From contig CAWGJT010000006.1 of assembly GCA_963822965.1 (NCBI GenBank), positions 96,001-160,000 of the forward strand: a stretch of 64,000 nt of DNA. Direction: 5' to 3'. Below, one piece after another: positions 24,236-40,347 of the stretch. Below the pieces are notes generated by a model that saw only the letters and a list, made by a program, of their open reading frames with translations, was not told the DNA's origin and ran no database searches. The translations under genes were made by a program, and so were the position numbers. Origin of the DNA: an uncultured delta proteobacterium. GTDB taxonomy: Bacteria; Myxococcota_A; UBA9160; UBA4427. The number at the start of each line of letters is the position of its first letter. The first letter of the stretch is position 1.

Positions 24236-25936
24236 TCAGAGCGCGGTGCTGATCCACTCGACGAAGTTCGCCCAGTGCCGGGAGAGGTCGTTCCAGAACG
24301 CCAGGGCCATCAGCAGCACGATCAGCACGAGGCCCGTCTGCTGGACGATCTCCCGGGTGCGCACGGAGATCGGGGAGCGCTTCACGCCCTCGACCAGGTA
24401 GATCAGCGCCTGCCCCCCGTCGAGGATCGGGATCGGCAGCAGGTTGACGATGCCGAGGTTGATCGAGATCAGGATCATCGTGCTGAGGTACGCCTGCCAG
24501 CCCAGGTCCAGGGACTTGCGGGCGATCTCGGCGATGCCGATCGGGCCCGGCGAGCTTGTCCGTGCCGACCTCGCCGGAGACGAGCTTCCCGAGCCCCTGC
24601 AGGAATACCACGGTCATGTCGACGGTCATGTCGACGGCGCGCGGAACCGCCACCAGCGGATTGCGCTGGCGGTCGAGGGCCGTCTCGCCGGGCAGCGCCG
24701 CCAGCGCGTGGCCGATGCCGATCTGGTAGACGTCCTCGGACATGCCCTCGATGTCGAGGGGCCCCTCGACCTGGCGCAGGCGGGGCTGGATGGAGACGTT
24801 CCGCGTCTCGCCGTCGCGCGCGTAGGTGATCTCGAGCGGGCGCCCGTGGCTCGTCCGCACGGTGTTGGCGAAGGATTGGAAGCTGCCCACCGGCCGGCCG
24901 TCCACGGCCAGCAGCAGATCGCCCCGCTGCAGACCCGCCTCCTCGGCGGGCGCGCCCGGACGAGACGAGATCGACCAGGATCGTCGCCGAGATGACCCCC
25001 AGCCGGGCGAGGGAGCCTTCCGCCGGCACCTCGACGGTGTGCTCCGTCGGCGTCTCGGATCCGTCTTCGCGGCGCTCCACCCGGAAGCGCACGGGACCCG
25101 ATCCTGCCGGGATCGCCCCGTAGGCCGCCCGCAGCTGCTCCCAGTCCTCCACCGGCACGTCCCCCACGCGCGTCACGCGGTCGCCCGAGCGGAGACCGGC
25201 GCGCGCCGCGGGAACGTCGTGGGAGGGCACCCCGAGCAGGGTCGGCAGGCGCCGACTGCCCAGGCCGATCCAGCCGATCTGGGTGACGTCGCCGAAGGGA
25301 TCGAGCACGCCCCGGCGCTCCAGCGGTACCTCGAAGCGGCGCGACACGCCGTGACGGTCCACCTCGAGCTGCAGGCGACGTGCCCGACGCTTCGGCGATG
25401 GCGCCGCTCACGTCCTGCCACCAGCTCACCGGTCGGTCGTCGACGGAGACGATCCGGTCGCCGGGCTCGAGACCGGCCTCCGCGGCGGGCGACCCCGTCT
25501 CGACCATGCCGACGACGCTCGTCGGGCGCGGCACGCCGATCCACAGCACCACCGCGAAGGCCAGCACGGGCAGGGCCAGGTTCATGGCCGGTCCGGCGAA
25601 CGTGATGAGCAGCTTCTGCCAGGTGCGCTTGGCGGAGAGGTACTCGTCGGGAGCGGCGTCGAGCACCGTCTGCGGCTCGGCCTCGCTGCCGGGCATCGGC
25701 TCGCCGAGCATCTTGACGAAGCCGCCGAGCGGGAACCAGGCGACCACGTACTCGGTTCCCCGGCGCACCCAGCGCATGCGGAAGCGGCCCAGGCCGATGG
25801 GCGGCCCGAAGCCCAGGGAGAACTTGAGCACGCGCACCCCGCAGGCCTTGGCGGCCAGGAAGTGGCCGAGCTCGTGGACGAAGACCAGGGTCCCGAGCAG
25901 GGGAATCGCGGCGAAGAGATAGTCGAACAGGCTCAT
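24236..25936 (-). CDS. rseP: RIP metalloprotease RseP with PDZ domains, frameshifts
   Basis: HELGH, FAGPAMN, PDZ repeats, NLLPIPILDGG; located after dxr. Confidence 0.92.
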
Positions 25937-27111
25937 TCGGGCTCCCGGCGGAGAAGCATAGCGCGCCCGCTCGCGCGCCCAGACGGTCCGCGGCGAGCAC
26001 GTCGTCGAGGTCGACGGAGACGACGGCGCCGGCGCGATCGCCGAGGTGGGCCTCCAGGACGCGGTCGTTCACCTCGCTGATGCGCGGCAGGGGGATCTCT
26101 CCCGCCAGGAAGCCGCCACGGCCACCTCGTTGGCGGCGTTCAGCACCGCCGGGCGCCGCCTCGCTGCCCGCCAGGGCGCGAGCGGCCAGGTCGAGGGCCG
26201 GGAAGCGCTTGCGGTCGGGCTCCTCGAAGTCGAGCCGGCCGGTCGCCGCCAGGTCGAGCGACGGCGTGTCGAGGGGGATGCGCTCGGGGTGCGCCAGCGC
26301 CACGGCGATCGGCACGCGCATGTCGGGCAGCCCGAGCTGGGCGATCACCGAGCGATCGACGAACTCGACCAGCGAGTGCACCACCGATTGCGGATGCACC
26401 ACCACGTCGATCGCGTTCGGCGGGCACGTCGAAGAGCCAGCGCGCCTCGACGATCTCGAGCGCCTTGTTCATCAGGGTGGCCGAATCGATCGTGATCTTT
26501 GGCGCCCATGTCCCAGTTCGGGTGCGCGAGGGCCTCCTCGACGCGTGGCACGCGCGATGCGCTCCGCGGGCCAGGTGCGGAAGGGTCCGCCCGAGCACGG
26601 TGAGGATGAGGCGCGCGACGTCCTCGGCCCGCTGCCCGGAGAGGGCCTGGAAGATGGCGCTGTGCTCGCTGTCCACGGGCAGCAGGGTCACCGCCGTGCT
26701 TGCGGACGGCGCGCAGCACCAGCGCGCCGGCCATCACCATCACTTCCTTGTTGGCGAGGGCGACGTCGCGGCCGGCCTCGATGGCCGCGAGCGTCGGCCG
26801 AAGCCCGACGGCGCCCACCAGCGCGGCGACGCACAGATCCGCGGGGTGCGTCGCGACCGCCCGCAGGCCCGCCTCGCCGCACTCGACGGCGAGCGATTCG
26901 CCGAAGCGGGCGCGCAGCGCCTCGGCGTCCGCGGCCTCGCCCGCACCGACACGCGCTCCGGCCGGAAGCGCTCGATCTGGCCGCACAGCTTGTCGACGTT
27001 GCGGCCCGCCGCGAGCGCCACGGCGCGGAAGCGGTCGGGGGCGCCGGCGATCACCTCGAGGGTCTGCTCGCCGACGCTGCCGGTGCTGCCCAGGATGGAG
27101 ACGCGCTTCAC
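25933..27111 (-). CDS. dxr: 1-deoxy-D-xylulose-5-phosphate reductoisomerase, frameshifts
   Basis: [41 protein letters not shown]. Confidence 0.93.
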
Positions 27112-27946
27112 GAACGCTCCGCGCGATCGTCCAGGGAGGGCGCCTCGGCCTCCTCTACCTTCCGGGCCCGACTCGCGGGCCGGTGCCTGTGCGTCCCGGG
27201 CCGCCTCGATCTGCGCGCTGGTCTTGCCGAAGCGCCGCTCGCGCGACTGGTAGTCGCGCACGGCGTCCAGGAGGTCGCTCCCGGCGGAAGTCGGGCCACA
27301 TCACGTCGGTCGTGTAGAGCTCGGTGTAGGCGATCTGCCAGAGCAGGAAGTTCGAGACCCGCGATTCGGCGCCGGTCCGGATCAGCAGGTCGGGATCGGG
27401 CACGCTCCGGCTCGTAGAGGTAGGAGGCGAAGATCTTCTCGTCGATGCCGTGGGGATCGAGCTCGCCCGCCTCGGCGTCCCGCGCGATCTTGCGCGCCGC
27501 GTCGACGATCTCCGTCGCGGCCGCCGTAGGAGAGCGCGAACACCAGCGTCATCGCCTCGTTGTTGCGCGCTGCGCGCGATGGCGCTCTCGACCTGCGCGT
27601 CGGATCTCGGGCGGCAGGCGCTCGAGGCGGCCCATCGCCCGCACGCGGATGCCGTTCTCCATCACCTCGTCGATCTCTTCCTCGAGGTAGCGCTCGAGCA
27701 GGCGCATCAGCTCGCGCACCTCGTCCTGCGGGCGGCCCCAGTTCTCGCTGCGAGAACGCGTAGAGGGTGAGGTAGCGGACGCCGAGATCGTTGGCGGCGC
27801 GCAGCACGGTCGCGGACGGCCTCGATGCCCGCGCGGTGTCCGGCGTTTCGCTCGAGCCCCTGCGCCTCGGCCCAGCGCCCGTTGCCGTCCATGATGATGG
27901 CGACGTGCCGGGGCACGCGGTCGCTGCGAATTTCGTCCTCGGCCAT
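27108..27946 (-). CDS. uppS: Undecaprenyl/isoprenyl diphosphate synthase, frameshifts
   Basis: [43 protein letters not shown]. Confidence 0.93.
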
Positions 27947-28028
27947 GCTGGAACCTCGGTCTTGCGAGCTCTCGCCCCGCCGGCCTCCTCCGGGCACCTT
28001 CCCCGGACGCCGCCGCGGCGACAGGGTC

Positions 28029-28603
28029 TCAGACCTCGAGGACCTCCTTCTCCTTCTCGGCCGTCAGCTCGTCCACGCGCGTGGTGAACGTCGTCGGTGA
28101 GGTCCTGCACGCTCTTCTCCGCGCGGTGGCGGTCGTCCTGGCCGAGACCGCCCTCGCTCTCGAGGTCCTTGAGCATGGAGAGGGCGTCCCGCCGGCCCTC
28201 GCGCACGCCCACCTTGTGGTCCTCGGCCATCTTGCGCACTTGCTTGACGAGATCCTTGCGGCGCTCTTCCGTCAGGGGCGGAATCGGGATGCGGACGACC
28301 TTGCCGTCGTTGTTGGGGGTGAGGCCGAGGTCCGAGGCGAGGATCGCCTTCTCGATGGCGCCGAGCGCGCTCTTGTCGTAGGGCGAGATGACGATCAGGC
28401 GCGGGTCGGGCGTCGTCAGGTTCGCGAGCTGGTTCAGCGGGCGTCGGCGTCCCGAAGTAGTCGACCAGGACCCCGTCGAGCAGGTTCGTGCTGGCGCGTC
28501 CGGTGCGCACCTGCTGGAGCTCCTTGCGGAAGCTCTGGATCGACTTCTCCATCGCGTCCCGCGCTTCGTCCAGCACCACTCGAACGTCTTCGTCCGCTGC
28601 CAT
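28029..28603 (-). CDS. frr: Ribosome recycling factor, frameshifts
   Basis: [26 protein letters not shown]; located between pyrH and uppS. Confidence 0.92.
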
Positions 28604-28620
28604 GCTCCGACCTCCCTCGT

Positions 28621-29351
<731 letters not shown>

Positions 29352-29355
<4 letters not shown>

Positions 29356-30227
29356 CCCGCGGCTCTCCTCCCCGAGCTGGAAGCGCACGAACCCGGTCAC
29401 CGCGACCTCCGCGCCGATGTCCTTGCCCACGGCCCGCACGACGTCGCCCACGCTGTGGTCGGGGTCCTTGACGAAGGCCTGCTCGACGAGGCAGTTCTCC
29501 GCGAAGAACTTCCGCATGCGGCCCTCGACCATCTTCTCGATCACGTTCTCCGGCTTGCCGCTCTGCTCGGCCTGTGCGCGAAGGACCCGCGCTCCGCCTC
29601 GACGGCGTCCGCGCGGCATGCCCGTCTGGTCGACGGACAGGGGCGTCGGGTCGGCGGCCGCCACGTGCATCGCGACGTCCTTGGCCAGCGCCTCGAGCTT
29701 CGCATCCGGACTTGTTCGACGTGATCGAGACGATCACGCCGAGCTTGCCGCCGGCGTGCACGTAGCCCCCGGTGACCCCCGAATCGACCGCCAGCCGCTG
29801 CGACGCGCTTGAGCTCGATGTTCTCGCCGAGCTTGGCGACCGCGGCCTGGATCCGCGCGTCCACGCTCTCGTCCCCGAGGCGGGCCGCCAGGGTCGCCTC
29901 CGCGTCGCTCAACCCGGCGTCCCCGGCGACGAGATCCGCGATCGCCTGGGCGAGGGCCTGGTACTCGTCGGTGCGCGCCACGAAGTCCGTCTCGCAGGCG
30001 AGCTCGATGATGGACGCCACGGGGCCCGCCAGGGACAGCCCGACGACGCCCTCGCTCGTGGCGCGACCGGCGCGCTTGCCGGCCTTGGCGAGGCCGCGCT
30101 CGCGCAGCAGCTCGACGGCGCGCTCGGCGTCGCCCGCGGCGTCGCTGAGCGCGCGCTTGCAGTCCATCATGCCCGCGCCCGTCTGGGTGCGGAGCGCCTT
30201 CACGTCTGCCGCCGAGATGGTGGACAT
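29352..30227 (-). CDS. tsf: Elongation factor Ts, frameshifts
   Basis: VKALRTQTGAGMMDCK, ELACETDFVA, GKPENVIEKMVEG. Confidence 0.95.
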
Positions 30228-30298
30228 GGTTCCTCGTCTCTCCCTTTTCTCCTGCCGTACCCGCCCGCGGCGCGCTGCGCCGGCGGCCTCGTGGCTCT

Positions 30299-30325
30299 CG
30301 ATCCATGCGATCCGTGCGATCCGCG
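30299..30325. repeat. 9-bp tandem repeat x3 in the rpsB-tsf spacer
   Basis: cgatccatg cgatccgtg cgatccgcg. Confidence 0.6.
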
Positions 30326-30350
30326 GCGCGGCCGCGGACGCCGTCCCGGA

Positions 30351-31421
30351 TCAGCTGTCTTCCGTCGCCTGCCCCTGGGCCCTGGCGCTCGAGGTGAGGT
30401 CGGGCGCCTTCTCGCCGGTCTCCGCGGCCGCGGGAGCCGGCTTGGCCTCGCTCGCGGCGCCGGCCCCTGCGGCTTCACGCTCGGCCCAGCCCCCGGAGCT
30501 GTGGGTGCGACCACCGGCCTGCCCGCGGCCCCGCCGCGGCGGCTGCTTGATCTCCACCACGCGCCGCCCGGTCGCCGGCGCCTGCGCCGAGGACGGCTTG
30601 GCAGCCGGAGCCGCCGCCTTCTCGGTCAGCAGGTCCTTCTGGAACTGCTGCTCGCCCTCGAGACAGGCCTGCGCGAGGAGCGTGCAGTACAGCTCGAGCG
30701 AGCGGATCGCGTCGTCGTTGCCCGGCACCACGAAGTCGATGCCCTCGGGATCGCAGTTCGAGTCGACGACCGCGATGATCGGGATCCCGAGCCGCCGCGC
30801 CTCGCTCACCGCGATCTCCTCCTTGGAGACGTCGATGATGAAGACCACGTCGGGCAGCTTCGTCATCTCGACGATGCCCTCGAGCGACTTGCTGTACTTG
30901 TCACACAGCCGGTTGACGCGCGACAGCTCCTTCTTCGAGAGCGCCTCGCGCTTCTCGTCGTTGTCGCGCAGCTCTCGCAGCTGCTTGTAGCGGTCGATCG
31001 ACTTCCGGACCGTCTTCCAGTTGGTCAGCATGCCGCCCAGCCAGCGGTTCGCGACGTAGAACTGGCCGGCGCGCTGCGAGTGCATCTCGATCAGCGGGGC
31101 GGCCTGTCGCTTGGTGCCGACGAAGAGCACCTTGCCGCCGTGCGCCGTGGTGTCGCGCACGAACTCGAGGGCCTCGCGGAAGAGCGGCAGGGTCTGGTCG
31201 AGATCGAGGATGTGCGTGCCGTTGCGCTCGCCGAAGATGTACTCGCGCATCTTCGGGTTCCAGCGACGCGTCTGGTGTCCGAAGTGGACACCGGCCTCCA
31301 GCAGGGTTCGGATGTTGAGCTCGGGAGCCTCGGCGGAGGCGCTGGGCTCCTGGGCCGCGCGCGTGGCAGCCGCCTCGGCGGCGTCGGGCGTACCCGACGG
31401 GGTCGCCGTCGTTTCGGACAT
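30351..31421 (-). CDS. rpsB: 30S ribosomal protein S2 with low-complexity terminal extensions
   Basis: [38 protein letters not shown]. Confidence 0.98.
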   Translation of the reverse strand: MSETTATPSGTPDAAEAAATRAAQEPSASAEAPELNIRTLLEAGVHFGHQTRRWNPKMREYIFGERNGTHILDLDQTLPLFREALEFVRDTTAHGGKVLFVGTKRQAAPLIEMHSQRAGQFYVANRWLGGMLTNWKTVRKSIDRYKQLRELRDNDEKREALSKKELSRVNRLCDKYSKSLEGIVEMTKLPDVVFIIDVSKEEIAVSEARRLGIPIIAVVDSNCDPEGIDFVVPGNDDAIRSLELYCTLLAQACLEGEQQFQKDLLTEKAAAPAAKPSSAQAPATGRRVVEIKQPPRRGRGQAGGRTHSSGGWAEREAAGAGAASEAKPAPAAAETGEKAPDLTSSARAQGQATEDS

Positions 31422-31625
31422 TCCATTCTCCTTCGCGGTTGTGCGTCCGCCCCGACCGTGAATTCCCCGACCCGACCTCCCGCGCTCGCGTTTCTCTCAA
31501 CCTCAACTCGACAGCCGATTACACCCGGGACGCGCGGGCCAGTGCCCGCGCGTGGCCCGCAATCGGGAGGGTCACGCGACCGATGGACGCCGGGCACCGC
31601 AGGGGCGGCCCGGAACGTGTGAGTT
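31422..31625 (-). promoter_or_regulatory. Putative rpsB (S2 autogenous control) structured leader
   Basis: ~200-nt 5' region with CACACG near its start, complementary GCGGT (31596-31600) and ACCGC (31435-31439), and a 10-bp hairpin at 31530-31553. Confidence 0.55.
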
Positions 31626-31726
31626 GGCCGTTGGTTAGCACGTCGATGGGCTCGGGACCAACGGGGACCCCGAGGGAATTCCGCCGCGGGCGGGCGGCGA
31701 GCCCCCCGCCCGACCCCCGTCGTCGC

Positions 31727-32948
31727 TCAGGTCGTGTAGTCGGCGTTGATCCGGACGTAGTCGTAGCTGAGGTCGCAGGTCCAGACGCGGGCGGCGCCGC
31801 GGCCCGCGCCCAGGGACGACCTCGATCTCGATCTCGTCCCGCTCGAGCCGGGTGGCCGCCCGGCGACGCGCGGCCGGGCCCGCGGACGCCCCCTTCCGGA
31901 ACACCGGCACGCCGCACAGGCTGACCGTCGTGCGATCCAGCCGCAGGTCCAGTCGGGCCGCGCCGACCGTCTGCAGGATGCGCCCCCAGTTCGGGTCGCC
32001 GCCGAAGATCGCCGTCTTGACCAGCATCGAGTTCGCGATGCGGCGGGCCGCCGTCTCGGCCTGCGCGTCGCTGCGCGCCCCTTCCACGCGCACGGTGACG
32101 AGCTTCGTGGCGCCCTCGCCGTCCCGGGCCAGGTCCCGGGCCAGGTCGCTCGCACACCTCGTGGACGGCCCGCCGGAAGGCGGCGGCCCCCGGGCTCGCG
32201 GGCCCCGTGAGACGGCGATTGCCCGCCGCGCCGTTGGCGAGCAGCAGCACGGTGTCGCTGGTGGACGTCTCGCCGTCGACGGTCACCCGGTTGAAGCGTG
32301 TCGTCCGCCGCCTCGCGCAGGAGGCGCTGCAGGAAGCCGCGCGAGCGACGGCGGCGTCGGTCACCAGGAACGAGAGCATCGTGGCCATGTTCGGCTCGAT
32401 CATCCCGGATCCCTTGGCGATGCCCGCCACCGCGCACCGTGCCGCGCCCGAGCTTCACGGTGGTCACGGCCGTCTTGGCGAAGGTATCGGTGGTGCGGAT
32501 CGCCTCGGCCGCCTCGCCCAGCCCGTCGTCGCCGAGCGCGTCGACGACGCGCGGAATTCCGGCACGCAGCTTCGCCATGGGCAGCGGCTCGCCGATCACG
32601 CCCGTGGACGCGACGAAGACCTCCTCGACGGGACAGTCCAGGGCCTTCGCGGTGATCGCGGCCATGCGGCGGGCGTCGCGGCGCCCGCGCTCGCCCATGG
32701 CGACGTTCGAGACCCCGCTGTTGACGACGACGGCGCGCGCCGAGCCGCCGCGCAGACGCTCCCGACACCACTCCACGGGCGCGCTCGGCGACCGTCGAGC
32801 GCGTGAAGACGCCGGCCACCGTCGCCGGCCGATCGCTGGCGATCAGCGCCAGGTCCCGCGCCCTCGTCTTGATGCCGCAATGCAGGCCCGCCGCCCGGAA
32901 GCCGGTCACCCGAAGCAGCCCGCCTCCACGAGCGTCGCGCGCGGCCAT
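31727..32948 (-). CDS. argJ: Bifunctional ornithine acetyltransferase/N-acetylglutamate synthase, frameshifts
   Basis: [57 protein letters not shown]. Confidence 0.93.
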
Positions 32949-32952
32949 TCGC

Positions 32953-35709
<2,757 letters not shown>

Positions 35710-35876
35710 GGGACGATCCCGCGGGCCGGGGGGAGAGGAGCGACGAGTTTAGGAGAGGCCCCGACAGGGGGGCAATCACGTCGCGCGAGCACCCGCGCGG
35801 TGCGACGCGGCCGGGGCGCCGGGAGCTCCGGGCCGGGCGTCCGGGCGGCGCCTCGGCGGCGCCCTTCGGGCCGGGA

Positions 35877-36909
35877 TCAGTCGAAGATGTAGTCGAGGGG
35901 GTCGCGCGACTTGCCGTTCACCTGGATCGCGTAGTGGAGGTGCGGGCCCGTGCTGCGGCCGGTGCTGCCGATGGCGGCGATCTTCTGGCCCCGATCGACC
36001 GTGTCACCGACCTTCACGTAGATCTCCTTCGTGTGCCCGTAGAAGGTCTTGACGCCGAAGCCGTGGTCGATGGTCAGGCTGTTGCCGAGCGGGCCCCGGT
36101 GGTCGATCGAGGCGACGCGACCGCGCGCCGGCGACGTGATCAGCGGTGCCCTCGCGGGCGGCGATGTCGATGCCGGCGTGCATCTGGCGGCGGCCCGTGA
36201 ACGGCGAGATGCGCGCGCCGAAGCGCGAGGTGAGCCAGCCCTTCGCGGGCCAGACCGACGGCATGGAGACCAGGCGGGTGCGCTTGTCCTCGAGGGCCTT
36301 CACGAGCAGCCCGAGCGACTCGGTGCGCCCGCCGGCGCGCGCGGCCACCTGCCCGGCCGTATCGGCGAGGTTGCTGATGTGACGGGCGCCGAGGCTCGTC
36401 AGCCCTTCGCGCGCCTGGCCCTCGGGACCCAGGGGATCCTCGGGGCCGCCCATCCCCGTCTCGGGGAAGTTCTGGCCGACGGGACCGCGATCCACCGGCA
36501 CCCCGGCCGGCGGCATCACCTCCATGTCGCCCTCCTCCTCCTTGGAGGCATCGAAGGCGGGCACGAGCTCCGTGACCTCCTCGCCGCCGACGCCGGCCGC
36601 GCCGGGCAGGTTGGCGATGATGCGCACCTTGCGCTCGAGCTCGCGCACCTCGTCGAGCTGGTTCTCGGCAGCCAGCAGCGTCTTCTCGAAGCTGTCGATC
36701 TGCTCCCGCTGCTCGGCGACCTCGACCCGCAGCGACCCGAGCTCGGAATTGTCCGCGCGCACCCGCACGTAGTCCCACAAGCCTCCTGCGAGGATGGCGA
36801 CCGCGACGCCAACCCCGATCAAGGCCTTCCGCACCGTCGCCTTCGCGATCTGGAATCGCTTGACCGGCGATCGAGCATCGACGACGAGCATGATCGTGTA
36901 GTGTTCCAT
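35877..36909 (-). CDS. M23 family peptidase with N-terminal TM/coiled coil, frameshift near 36140
   Basis: [22 protein letters not shown]; 3' frame encodes STGPHLHY. Confidence 0.9.
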
Positions 36910-36976
36910 CTCACCTCTCCCGACGGCTCCCGTCCGTCGTTCCCTTACCCCTCTATACCCCTCGCTCCACCCGGCC

Positions 36977-37315
36977 CTACCCGGGCACCGTCACACCCAG
37001 CGTCAGCTTGCCCATCTGGATGACGTCATCGTTCTTGAGGCGCATGCGCTCCGCCCGTGCGCCGTTCACCGTCGTTCCGTTCGTGCTCCCCAGGTCCTGC
37101 ACGAAGAAGCCCTCCGCATCGAAGCCGACCGCCGCGTGCGACCGCGAGATCGTGGGCTCGGCGATCACCAGGTCGGCACCCCGACCGCGTCCGATCACCA
37201 GCCAGTCCCGGTCGATGCACACCTCCAGGCCCTCGTAGAAGCCGCTCTTCACCAGCACCGTCGCGCCCGGCGGAACCACCGTCCCGGCAGAGCGCTTCGC
37301 CTTTCGGGGGCTCAC
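36977..37315 (-). CDS. Stand-alone FHA domain protein
   Basis: IGRG, ISRSHA, DLGSTNGTTVNG; GTG start with GGAG RBS inferred. Confidence 0.85.
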   Translation of the reverse strand: MSPRKAKRSAGTVVPPGATVLVKSGFYEGLEVCIDRDWLVIGRGRGADLVIAEPTISRSHAAVGFDAEGFFVQDLGSTNGTTVNGARAERMRLKNDDVIQMGKLTLGVTVPG

Positions 37316-37502
37316 CGCAAAACTCCCGTCATGCAACCCCCATCGCCTTCCCGGCGAGGGACGCCGGCGATGCGCGTCACCTTTGCGCCCCCGGCTCATG
37401 TCCTCTGCGGTCTGATCGGAACCGCCCGCGCGTCGCTTGAACGGGAAGTGATGGGAAGCCGCCAGCGGGCTCCTGGAGGCGGCCGGGCGGCCGCCGGAGG
37501 TC

Positions 37503-39215
37503 TCAGGGGGTCCCGGCGGGGGCGCGAGCCCCCAGCAGCTCCAGTGCATGTAGACGGGTTGCGTCCGTGACGGATTCGCCGCCGGCCATGCGGGCGATCT
37601 CCTCCACCCGCGCCTCGCCCTCCACCCGCTCCACCCGGGCGAGGGTCTGCCCCCCGTGCTCCGCCTTGCTCACACGAAAGTGTACATCTCCCAGGGCCGC
37701 GATCTGGGGCAGGTGCGTGATGCACAGGACCTGGTGATGGCGGGAGAGCTCGGCGAGGGCGCGGCCCACGCGCTCGGCGACCCGCCCGCCGATGCCCGCG
37801 TCCACCTCGTCGAACACGAGCACCATGCCGGCTCCGGAACGGCGCAGGGCGTTACGCACCGCCAGGAAGACACGGGAGAGCTCGCCGCCCGAGGCGACGA
37901 GGCGCAGCGCCCGGGCGGGCTCGCCCGCATTGGCCGAGAAGCGGAACTCCACGCGCTCGCTGCCGCTGGGACCACAGGGGAGCCCTGCCGGTGCCGGCAA
38001 CGCCTCGAGGTGTACGTCGAAGCGCGCACCGGGCATGGCCAGGGCGTCGAGGGACTGCTCGACGAGCCGGGCGAGCTTCCGCGCGCTCTTGCGCCGTCCC
38101 GCGCCGAGGCGCTCCGCGGCCCGCGCGAGCTCGGCGACCCGCGTCTCCCGCTGCTCCGCCAGCTGCTCGATGCGGGCGTCGGCGCCCTGGGCGGCCTCGA
38201 GCTCTTCGGCGGCCCGCGCCCGGAAGGCCTCGATCTCAGCCTCCGTGGCGCCGTACTTGCGCTGCAGCCGGCCGATCTCCGCCAGGCGGTCCTCCACCTG
38301 GGCGAGCCGCTCCGGGTCGGCGTCGATGCGACCGAGATAGCGCTCGAGATCCCGTCCGATCTCGAACAGCTCGGCCTCCTGGGCCCGCACGCGCTCCGCC
38401 ATCCCTTCGAGCCCCGGGTCGAGGGCGGCCAGGCCGTCCAGCAGCCGCGCCGCCTCCGCCACGCGATCGACGGCGTTGGGCAGCTCGTCCGCCGCGTCTC
38501 CGGACCCGACCAGCGCCGCACAGGCGCCGCCGCCCTCGGCCTGCAGCCGGTCCGCGTGGGCGAGACGCGCATGGGCGGCGTCGAGCTCCTCGATCTCGCC
38601 CGGCGCGAGGCCCACGTCTTCGATCTCGCGGACCTGGAACGCGAGGAAGTCCTGCCGGCGGGCACGCTCCTCGGCCTGCGCCCGCAGGTCCTCGAGCTCG
38701 CGATCGAGGGCGCGCAGGGCGGAGACACCCGTCTCCACCTGCTCGCGCAGGTCGAGCAGCCCGCCGGACTCGTCGAGCAGCCGGCCCTGCACGTCTGGGC
38801 GCAGCAGGGTCTGGGAGCTGTGCTGGCTCGAGATCTCGATCCGGTCGGCGAACAGCTCCGCCAGGGTCGCCGTGGGCACCAGCTCGCCGCCGACGCGCAC
38901 TCGCCCGCGACCGCCGCGCGAGAAGGATCGCTGCACGATCAGCTCGTGGCCTTCCCCCGCGATCTCGCGCCGGGCGAGCTCCGCCTCGAGGTCTGGCCAG
39001 CGGCGGGTGTCGATGACGGACTCCACCGCGGCGCGCTCGGCGCCCGTCCGCACTGCGTCCGGAGAGCCGCGGCCGCCGGCCAGCAGCGAGAGCGCCCCCA
39101 GCACGATGGACTTGCCCGTGCCGGTCTCGCCCGTGAGCACGTTGAGTCCGGGCCCCAGCTCGAGCTCGGCCTCCTCGACGATGACCCAGTTCTCGATGCG
39201 GAGCGACTCGATCAC
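37503..39215 (-). CDS. recN: DNA repair protein RecN
   Basis: TGETGTGKS, ASGGELSR, FDEVDAGIGG, ITHLPQIAA. Confidence 0.96.
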   Translation of the reverse strand: MIESLRIENWVIVEEAELELGPGLNVLTGETGTGKSIVLGALSLLAGGRGSPDAVRTGAERAAVESVIDTRRWPDLEAELARREIAGEGHELIVQRSFSRGGRGRVRVGGELVPTATLAELFADRIEISSQHSSQTLLRPDVQGRLLDESGGLLDLREQVETGVSALRALDRELEDLRAQAEERARRQDFLAFQVREIEDVGLAPGEIEELDAAHARLAHADRLQAEGGGACAALVGSGDAADELPNAVDRVAEAARLLDGLAALDPGLEGMAERVRAQEAELFEIGRDLERYLGRIDADPERLAQVEDRLAEIGRLQRKYGATEAEIEAFRARAAEELEAAQGADARIEQLAEQRETRVAELARAAERLGAGRRKSARKLARLVEQSLDALAMPGARFDVHLEALPAPAGLPCGPSGSERVEFRFSANAGEPARALRLVASGGELSRVFLAVRNALRRSGAGMVLVFDEVDAGIGGRVAERVGRALAELSRHHQVLCITHLPQIAALGDVHFRVSKAEHGGQTLARVERVEGEARVEEIARMAGGESVTDATRLHALELLGARAPAGTP

Positions 39216-40070
39216 CGCTCGCCCCAGCGAAGCTTCGTCTGCAGGATCTCGAAGCGGCTCCGCAGGGGCGATGCGACGATGTCGACCGGGTGCGGCGAGC
39301 GCCGCATGGACACCCGGTCGCCATCCTCGAGCTCCATGCCCTCCTGGCCGTCGATGGTGATGGTGGCGTCGCCGCCCAGGGTGTGGACCCGCACCTCGAC
39401 CTCCGCATCCGCGGCCAGCACCAGCGGCCGCTGGGTGAGGGAGTGCGGACAGATCGGGGTCAGCACGATGGCCTCGAGGCCGGGCATCAGGAGCGGCCCG
39501 CCGGCCGAGAGCGAGTAGGCCGTGGAGCCGGTGGGCGTGGAGACGATGAGCCCGTCGGCATGGTACGTGGTGACCCGCTGCCCCGCCGCGAAGGTCTCCA
39601 GGTCGATGATGCGCGAGAGCGCCGTCTTGGTGATGACGGCGTCGTTCAGCGCCAGGAAGCGGCGGACGTCCTGGCCGTCGCGCCGGGCCTCCACCTCGAG
39701 GCGCATGCGCGAGACCATCTTCGCCCGCCCGTCGAGCACGAGCTCGAGCACCTCGAACATCTCCTCGGCGTTCACCTCGGTGAGGAACCCCAGGGTCCCG
39801 AGGTTCACGCCCAGGATGGGAACGCGGCGACTCCCGGCGGCCCGGGCGACGGACAGCAGCGTGCCGTCACCGCCCAGGGACACCAGCAGATCGGCCGCCG
39901 CCGCCAACACGACGGGCGGCTCGCCCGGCTGGCCGATGAGGCGCCCGCATTCCGGGTCGACCCGGGCGGCGATGCCCCGCTCCTCGAGCCACTTCACGAG
40001 CCCGCGAACGGTCTCGGCCGCCTGGGGCTGATCCTGGCTTGAGGCATACACCGACGGTCTGGATGGCCAC
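39212..40070 (-). CDS. nadK: NAD kinase, one 5' frameshift near 40035
   Basis: LGGDGTLL, GVNLGTLGFL, DGLIVSTPTGSTAYSLSAGG. Confidence 0.95.
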
Positions 40071-40253
40071 GGCCGCGTTCCCTCGCTCTTCGGGCTCTCT
40101 CGGTGGGACTCGCCCGGGCTCGCTCGCACCGTCGCGCGGATCTTCCGCACGCGGCTCCGGCACCGGAGTCTCCCACTTGCGGGCGCCGGCCTCAACCGGC
40201 AAGCGCCCGGAAGCGCGGCCGCCGGCTGCCCGTCGGGCCCCTTGGTGGTCCAG

Positions 40254-40328
40254 CCGCTTCGCCTCGAGCCGTCGCGCCTCCGACCGTTCCGTGTCCGGCC
40301 GTTCCGTCTCCGGCCGTTCCGCCTCCGG
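40254..40328. repeat. 15-bp degenerate tandem repeat x5 in the divergent nadK/rarA spacer
   Basis: ccgcttcgcctcgag ccgtcgcgcctccga ccgttccgtgtccgg ccgttccgtctccgg ccgttccgcctccgg. Confidence 0.8.
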
Positions 40329-40347
40329 CCATTGCTAGCATCGTGCC

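Noticed and set aside
40254..40328. CRISPR array interpretation of the tandem repeats (also 42841-42900, 63307-63342)
   Set aside because: Units are 9-15 bp and contiguous, with no spacers and no cas genes.
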